64,000 nucleotides of DNA, taken from NCBI GenBank assembly GCA_964554015.1, contig CAZKMO010000001.1, forward strand, positions 22,756 through 86,755, given 5' to 3'. A model generated the notes under the pieces. That model ran no database searches and was not told the DNA's origin. It was given only the letters and a program-made list of their open reading frames with translations. Position numbers and translations under genes: made by a program. Shown here piece by piece: positions 58,261 to 64,000 of the stretch. Numbering within the stretch: position 1 is the stretch's first letter; each line of letters begins with the position of its first letter. This stretch comes from an uncultured bacterium (lineage in GTDB: Bacteria; Zhuqueibacterota; QNDG01; CAYUAG01).

Positions 58261-60784
58261 TTACATATTCCTTCCCTTCCGTGCAGAAAAAATCCTTTAT
58301 CAGCTGTAACTGTTTTTCCAATTCCTGCAAAACATGAAGACTTTTCTCCTGGTCAAAATCAGAATCTATTTTTTCTAACTCAAAAGCAAGATCGTATGCT
58401 TTTTGAACGCCAAAATTACTGATTGCACCTTTGAAACTATGAGCTCTTTCCTTCAGTTTTTCAACCTCACCTGCCTGAATTAATTTCTCTAATTCGGTTA
58501 CCTGTCGGGGATATTCATCTAAAAAAGATTCGACCATTTCTTCTAACAAATCTCTGTCTCCATCCAAACGTTTGAGTAAATCCGTTATATTTATCTTTAC
58601 TACCTTTGCATTAGTAGAATGTTTAATTTCTGGATTTGCTTTCTCACTTTGAAATTCTGAACCATTGATTACTTTATTTATTATCTTATAAACATCCTCG
58701 GATTTAACAGGTTTGGAAATATATTCATCCATACCCGCAGAGATGCATTTTCCCCGATCCTTGGCCAGGGCATGGGCGGTCAAGGCTATGATGGGAATAT
58801 GGCCACCTTTTTCTTTCTCATATTTTCTGATTAATTTTGTGGATTCAAAACCATCCATTTGCGGCATCTGTACATCCATAAAAATTAAGTCATATGCATT
58901 CTGCTTAACTTTCTCCAGTGCCTCTTTACCATTTCCTACCTGGCTTACTTCCCATCCCTTTTTACTTAATAGAGTATGAACAACTCTGCTGTTAATAGGA
59001 TTATCCTCAGCCAGCAGTATTTTCAAATTCTCAGGAAGATTATTTTCCCTATATGATAATCTTTTCTTTTGTGATTGCTTATAACCGATAATTTCAACTT
59101 TTTGTTTACTGTTAAGTTCATAGATCATTGCCTTTATTAAATTAGATTTTTTGACCGGCTTTATAAGAAAACTAGAGACCCCCAAATCTTTCTTCTTTTT
59201 ATTTCTTTCCGGTCTATCTGCAGAAGTTAATATGATTACCGGAAGTTTGGCAAACCTCTTATCCTTACGCAATTCTTCTGTAAATTCTAAACCATTCATT
59301 TCTGCAATGTTCAAATCACATAGTACAATTGAATATTTTTCCCCCTTCTTATCGTTTTGAGTTAATGTTTTTAATCCAAGTATACAATTATCTTTCAGGG
59401 TCGGAAGCATCCCTAAGCTGGTTACCATCTCTTTTAATACAATTCTATTTGTTTTATTATCATCTATAATAAGAACCTTCTTATTTTTAAGTATTTTAAA
59501 ATCCTCGGATGATGTTGATTTTTTACCTAACTGTTTTTTAAATTGAGCTGTAAAATGAAATATACTTCCCGGTCCGTCACTCGAAATGCTACTATTTTTT
59601 ACTGGACTTTCCACCCATATATCACCATCCATTAAGTCAACCAGTTTGGATGATATAGCCAGTCCCAATCCTGAACCACCATATTTACGAGTGGTAGAGC
59701 CATCGGCTTGTTCAAATACCTCAAAAATAAACTTCTGCTTATCTGGTGATACCCCTATACCGGTATCCTGAACCATAAAATGGAGTTTTGTGTAATCCTG
59801 TTCATTCTCTTCAGAATCGATCCTCAGTATAATTTCTCCCTGGTTGGTAAATTTAATTGCATTATTTATAAGATTGATCACTATTTGACCTAACCGGTGA
59901 GGATCACCGATTAATCTATCCGGAACCCCGGGGAGTACATGAACAATCAATTCCAGTCCTTTCTCCGAGGCTTTAGCGGAAAATGTTTGCACTATCTCCC
60001 CGATTGTATCTCTTAACATAAATGGTAGTGATTCCATTTCCAGTTTTCCGGCTTCAATTTTGGAATAGTCTAAAATATCGTTAATAATAACCATTAATAA
60101 ATCTGCGGAAACTTTTACTCCTTCCAGATAATCTTTTCTATCCTCATCGGATTCAGCCTCCAAAGCAAGTTCCGTCATTCCAATAATACCATTCATAGGA
60201 GTACGTATTTCATGACTCATGTTGGCCAGAAATTCACTCTTGGCGCGGGTTGCAGCCTCGGCTTTACGTTTGGCAATATCTAACTCGTCAATCATATGAA
60301 ATAACCTTGAGGTATTTTGCTCTTCTTTTTCATGGGCCAATTGCAGATCTTTAGCTTGTTTCCTTAATTCCTCTTCGGTTCGTTTTCTTTGTTCAATTTC
60401 TTTTTTAAGAATTTTATTTAAGGCTTCCAGATCCGCTGCTTTTTCTTCAATTCCATTATACAAATCCGATGTCTTTTCATCAAAATATTTTATTCGATAA
60501 AGATATATTCCATAAGCAACTCCCACTATTAATAAAAACATTAATCCTATAAACCAATGAGTTTGCCAGAAAGGTGGAGTGATATTTATTGCTAAATCTG
60601 AATATCCATTACCCGACTCATTATAAACAACCATAATTCTCTCATAATCCACATCATTTGCCTTACAATTTTCAGATACCATTAAAATTATGTTCAATAG
60701 AACTGCAATCCATACTGCTAAAATTTGAATTTTCTTTAAAGAAAATAAATTACAGTACATGTTCTTCCCACTTATTTTCCGCAA
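58253..60784 (-). CDS. Membrane-anchored hybrid sensor histidine kinase: TM-coiled coil-HisKA-HATPase_c-REC-REC-HPt.
   Basis: The TM segments and the H-box [10 protein letters not shown] are present. The G-box is [10 protein letters not shown]. Two REC domains are present ([10 protein letters not shown]...; [10 protein letters not shown]...[11 protein letters not shown]). The HPt motif is [11 protein letters not shown]. Confidence 0.75.
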   Translation of the reverse strand: MRKISGKNMYCNLFSLKKIQILAVWIAVLLNIILMVSENCKANDVDYERIMVVYNESGNGYSDLAINITPPFWQTHWFIGLMFLLIVGVAYGIYLYRIKYFDEKTSDLYNGIEEKAADLEALNKILKKEIEQRKRTEEELRKQAKDLQLAHEKEEQNTSRLFHMIDELDIAKRKAEAATRAKSEFLANMSHEIRTPMNGIIGMTELALEAESDEDRKDYLEGVKVSADLLMVIINDILDYSKIEAGKLEMESLPFMLRDTIGEIVQTFSAKASEKGLELIVHVLPGVPDRLIGDPHRLGQIVINLINNAIKFTNQGEIILRIDSEENEQDYTKLHFMVQDTGIGVSPDKQKFIFEVFEQADGSTTRKYGGSGLGLAISSKLVDLMDGDIWVESPVKNSSISSDGPGSIFHFTAQFKKQLGKKSTSSEDFKILKNKKVLIIDDNKTNRIVLKEMVTSLGMLPTLKDNCILGLKTLTQNDKKGEKYSIVLCDLNIAEMNGLEFTEELRKDKRFAKLPVIILTSADRPERNKKKKDLGVSSFLIKPVKKSNLIKAMIYELNSKQKVEIIGYKQSQKKRLSYRENNLPENLKILLAEDNPINSRVVHTLLSKKGWEVSQVGNGKEALEKVKQNAYDLIFMDVQMPQMDGFESTKLIRKYEKEKGGHIPIIALTAHALAKDRGKCISAGMDEYISKPVKSEDVYKIINKVINGSEFQSEKANPEIKHSTNAKVVKINITDLLKRLDGDRDLLEEMVESFLDEYPRQVTELEKLIQAGEVEKLKERAHSFKGAISNFGVQKAYDLAFELEKIDSDFDQEKSLHVLQELEKQLQLIKDFFCTEGKEYVNV

Positions 60785-61529
60785 AATAATCTTTTACATG
60801 AATCATCTCTTCTTTTAATCTTTTAAATACTTCTAAGGCAGCATCCATTCGCGATTCTTTTCCCAGATTCTCAAGCTCAACTACAAGTTCATAAGCTCGC
60901 TCTGCTCCAAAACTAGCTACAGCACCTTTAAAACTATGAGCTCTCTTCTGAAGCTGACGGGAATCCTTCTTTTGGATCATTTCTCCTATTCCTGAAAGTT
61001 GTTTGGGAAATAAGGTAAGAAAATCCTCAATTAACTCCTGAAAAAGTTCCTTGTCACCTTCTACCGTTTCCATTGCCTTAGATAGATTAATACAAAAATC
61101 ATCATTCGTCCAACTGCTACTTTCACGTACTACTTTACTTATGGTCTGCCAAAGTTCTTCAACTTCAATTGGCTTTGAAATAAAAGCATCCATTCCTGCT
61201 TCTATACATTTATCCATATCCTCTTTCATAGCTGAAGCAGTTAAAGCAATTATGGGAATATGTTCTCCGGTAGTTTTTTCTTGTTTTCTAATCTCTTGGG
61301 TGGTTTCCAAACCATCCATAAGCGGCATTTTAGCATCCATTAAAATTAGATCAAAATATTCACGTTCCAAGCCACTCAATACTTCTTTTCCATTTTCAAC
61401 CGAGGTTACCCTAAATCCTTTTTTCTTTAATATGGTCTCTATTACTATTTTATTTATGGAATTATCTTCTGCTAATAAAATTTTTAATGATTTTTCCGGA
61501 AAAGGCATTACATTATTATTTGATTTCAT
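60750..61529 (-). CDS. Response regulator receiver + HPt phosphotransfer protein.
   Basis: The REC motifs [11 protein letters not shown] and [13 protein letters not shown] are present. The HPt motif is [11 protein letters not shown]. Confidence 0.7.
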   Translation of the reverse strand: MKSNNNVMPFPEKSLKILLAEDNSINKIVIETILKKKGFRVTSVENGKEVLSGLEREYFDLILMDAKMPLMDGLETTQEIRKQEKTTGEHIPIIALTASAMKEDMDKCIEAGMDAFISKPIEVEELWQTISKVVRESSSWTNDDFCINLSKAMETVEGDKELFQELIEDFLTLFPKQLSGIGEMIQKKDSRQLQKRAHSFKGAVASFGAERAYELVVELENLGKESRMDAALEVFKRLKEEMIHVKDYFAENKWEEHVL

Positions 61530-61583
61530 TGTCTTACCCTTTATTTATTTTTTTTAAGTTGACCTTTTATAATAAATTGATAC

Positions 61584-62045
61584 TTAAAACTCATCGGTTA
61601 GGGTATAGATTATATTTATTTTTTTATTTTTTGTGTTTACCATTTCAGAAGATATATTATAATTTATTCTGCACTCTCCAGAATCATTCGCATTCCAAAT
61701 TAAAACATTTTTAATTTTGGGGACCATAGTTATAAGTTTCATTTCACTATCCTGACCTTTTTTTGTTAATCCTATACTGCATCCTTTATATATTGTATCC
61801 GTTGTGACTGTAATTTTTTTACTTCTATCGGATAGATGCCATTTTAAGGTAATATCATTGGATATATTCTTTCCCCTTACATCTTTTGATTGAGACAAAC
61901 TTTGATTTTCTTTTATAAAAAATTCATTCCTGCTAATTATTTTTATCCGAATTGAATGTGAACATATATCCTCAGCTCCGACGTCCAGCAGGAAATCGAA
62001 TAAAGTAAACAAAAATAAAAATATAATTAAAAGAAAACGTCTCAC
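61584..62045 (-). CDS. Small secreted hypothetical protein inside the phosphorelay operon.
   Basis: It has a signal peptide and conserved Cys residues. There is no known motif. Confidence 0.35.
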   Translation of the reverse strand: MRRFLLIIFLFLFTLFDFLLDVGAEDICSHSIRIKIISRNEFFIKENQSLSQSKDVRGKNISNDITLKWHLSDRSKKITVTTDTIYKGCSIGLTKKGQDSEMKLITMVPKIKNVLIWNANDSGECRINYNISSEMVNTKNKKINIIYTLTDEF

Positions 62046-62071
62046 CCCAAGAACCTATACAATAGATATTA

Positions 62072-62446
62072 TTAATTTAAACTCTCCAAAACGGATCTTA
62101 ATTTATTAAAGGTAAAAGGCTTAAGAAGCACATCTTCTACATTATTCTCATTAAACTTATGTTCATTGAATATGTAATCACTACCCATTCCAGTAACCAG
62201 AACTATTTTTTGTTCTGGTTTATATTTGCGTAGTTTCTGTATTAAATCCCAACCAGATATACCGGGTAAAAGCAAATCTACCATCACCAGATCGAATGTT
62301 TTTCTTTTAAATTTCTGTAAAGCATCCGTGCCAGTTTCAGATACTGTTGTATGGTATCCTAACTGGGAAATCATTTTTTCCAAAACTTCCAGGACAATTC
62401 TCTCGTCATCTACAATTAAAATCCGTTTCATTAATACCCCCTGCAT
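62072..62446 (-). CDS. Single-domain response regulator (CheY-like receiver).
   Basis: The REC motifs ILIVDDERIV, LVMVDLLLPGISG and the K in LKPF are present. Confidence 0.65.
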   Translation of the reverse strand: MQGVLMKRILIVDDERIVLEVLEKMISQLGYHTTVSETGTDALQKFKRKTFDLVMVDLLLPGISGWDLIQKLRKYKPEQKIVLVTGMGSDYIFNEHKFNENNVEDVLLKPFTFNKLRSVLESLN

Positions 62447-62938
62447 TAATATATACTAACATCACTACTGTCGTTAAAAGCAATCAACATGCCATATCAG
62501 TGAAAATCATTAAATATTAACATTATTCTTAGTTACTTAAGTACTTGAAAAACAATCCTTGACTTTAAAAATTTATTATCCTGAAATTGTTAATTTCTTC
62601 ATAAAATAAATTAAATATAAACCGATTATTTTTTAACTATCTTCAGGTAATAATTACTTTCTTTGATCAATATATAATTGTTATGAAAAATGTGATTAGA
62701 AAGGAAGATAAATGATGATAAAATTTCACATTTATCTCTGTGGTGGGATTTCTTTCAAATCTTAGAATCAATTAATAAAATTTAAATGGAATGATTAAAT
62801 AATTTCGAAATTTATATATAGATAAAAATCAGTATTGAAATTTAAAATTTTTTAAAAACGTAAAATATAACAAGTAATTTCATACACAGCTATTATAATT
62901 ATTAATAAAAATTATGTATGCTTATTTACTGTGAAATC

Positions 62939-63178
62939 TTACTCATCCTGAATTCCACCTGAATGGAAAATCTGTCGGATATTATCAATATTGATATTAG
63001 AAGCAGCTCTTTTGTTTTCTTCAACTATTCTTTGATAAATTTCTTCTCTATACACAGTTATTTCTCTGGGAGCTTTAATACCAACCTTAACTCCTCTTCC
63101 CTGAACAGAGAGAATAGTGAGTTTTATATTCTCTCCTAAAAGAATACTTTCTCCAACTTTTCTTGCTAATACAAGCAC
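62939..63178 (-). CDS. csrA: Carbon storage regulator CsrA.
   Basis: The sequence [48 protein letters not shown] is a near-canonical CsrA sequence. Confidence 0.9.
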   Translation of the reverse strand: MLVLARKVGESILLGENIKLTILSVQGRGVKVGIKAPREITVYREEIYQRIVEENKRAASNINIDNIRQIFHSGGIQDE

Positions 63179-63191
63179 CGTTCACTCCATT

Positions 63192-63668
63192 TTATTTAAT
63201 TGAATTAACAATTTTATGACGAATTAAATAATTCGAATCAGTTAAAATTATCTGTCTTCCCCACTTATCCGTTCTAGATAAGAGTACAGGAGCACGCATA
63301 TTAACCGTAACATCATCCTGAGAATTTCCGATGGTAACAATAGTATAAATGTATTCCCAATCCTTGACATCCTTAATATTAGGTTTATAATCCGGTATTA
63401 AAATTTTTGGATTAATAAGTGGAAAAAATAAATTTGGATCATCTATTGAAATTAGAAGTTTAAAAGGGCGATATTTTTCTCCACTCCAGATTATATAATC
63501 TTTAAACTCTTTATAGCCATAAAGACCTTCCTGAAAAGTATAAATGCTATCATCCGTATATTCAATTTTACCAACTTGAGTATCTAGATAATAAACATCC
63601 TTTTCTTGTTGTCTTTTTTTTTGTTTCTCTTTTTTTAACATTATTGTATCCTTTAAAATATTCCCCAT
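63192..63668 (-). CDS. fliW: FliW-like CsrA-antagonist/assembly factor.
   Basis: It lies immediately upstream of csrA in the same orientation. Its size and the FxEGLxGYxEF motif (FQEGLYGYKEF) fit FliW. Confidence 0.55.
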   Translation of the reverse strand: MGNILKDTIMLKKEKQKKRQQEKDVYYLDTQVGKIEYTDDSIYTFQEGLYGYKEFKDYIIWSGEKYRPFKLLISIDDPNLFFPLINPKILIPDYKPNIKDVKDWEYIYTIVTIGNSQDDVTVNMRAPVLLSRTDKWGRQIILTDSNYLIRHKIVNSIK

Positions 63669-64000
63669 AATTTTATTTGATTATCTTAATCTAATATCTA
63701 AAATAAAATTATAATTCTTATAAAAACTACTCAATCCAGCTACTCCTTAAAAACTTTTGCTCCCAGTTTTATCTTTTTTGAAACTGAGAAATTATCAATT
63801 TGTTCCCTGGAAACCTTTCATTTGTTACAATCAAATACGGATATAGTTTACTTGATTACTACCATAATCCTTCGAATTTCTGAGAACAAGACTTTTTCCT
63901 TTCTTGATGTCCTTAATATAAAATAAAAACTCAAATAATTATAAAGATACTGTTAAAGAAATGATTCTTGAGGATTATAATAAAAACTGTTTATATCAGG

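Overview
This window is an AT-rich chromosomal segment, apparently from a T9SS-bearing member of the Fibrobacteres-Chlorobi-Bacteroidetes group. The evidence is several proteins ending in the Por-secretion C-terminal sorting motif (YPNPFNP...), TTTG-type promoter context, and many outer-membrane or propeller proteins. Gene content runs in this order:

- A glycan-degradation cluster: a GH10-like xylanase, a DUF4038/DUF5060 hydrolase and a GH88/105-like hydrolase, plus a lipoprotein-type acetolactate decarboxylase.
- A compact four-gene cluster that looks like anaerobic ergothioneine biosynthesis: rhodanese-type EanB, EgtD-like EanA, and dedicated SufS/SufE sulfur mobilisation.
- Two Tat-signal DUF362 paralogs. 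One also carries Kre9/KNH-like tandem repeats and a T9SS C-terminal domain.
- A protein of about 1400 aa with N-terminal propeller repeats and a C-terminal outer-membrane-like region ending in Phe. Its coding frame extends upstream past any canonical start codon.
- tRNA-Asn followed by glnA-gltB-gltD.
- A surface-protein cluster: an HEXXH metalloprotease with a PD40 propeller, an FG-GAP/VCBS T9SS cargo, and a FadL/PorV-like outer-membrane barrel.
- Housekeeping genes: hslR-like, nth, ugd, eno, ftsB-like, rlmN, dapB-dapA-dapD-aminotransferase, and a menA-like prenyltransferase.
- A seven-gene, minus-strand, multi-receiver phosphorelay operon. It includes a receiver fused to a Cys-rich C-terminal module and is followed by csrA-fliW.

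No transposase, integrase or CRISPR array was found. A short dispersed intergenic repeat family (GTCNTCCTGAG..., ACAAAAGATA...) occurs at three or more loci.
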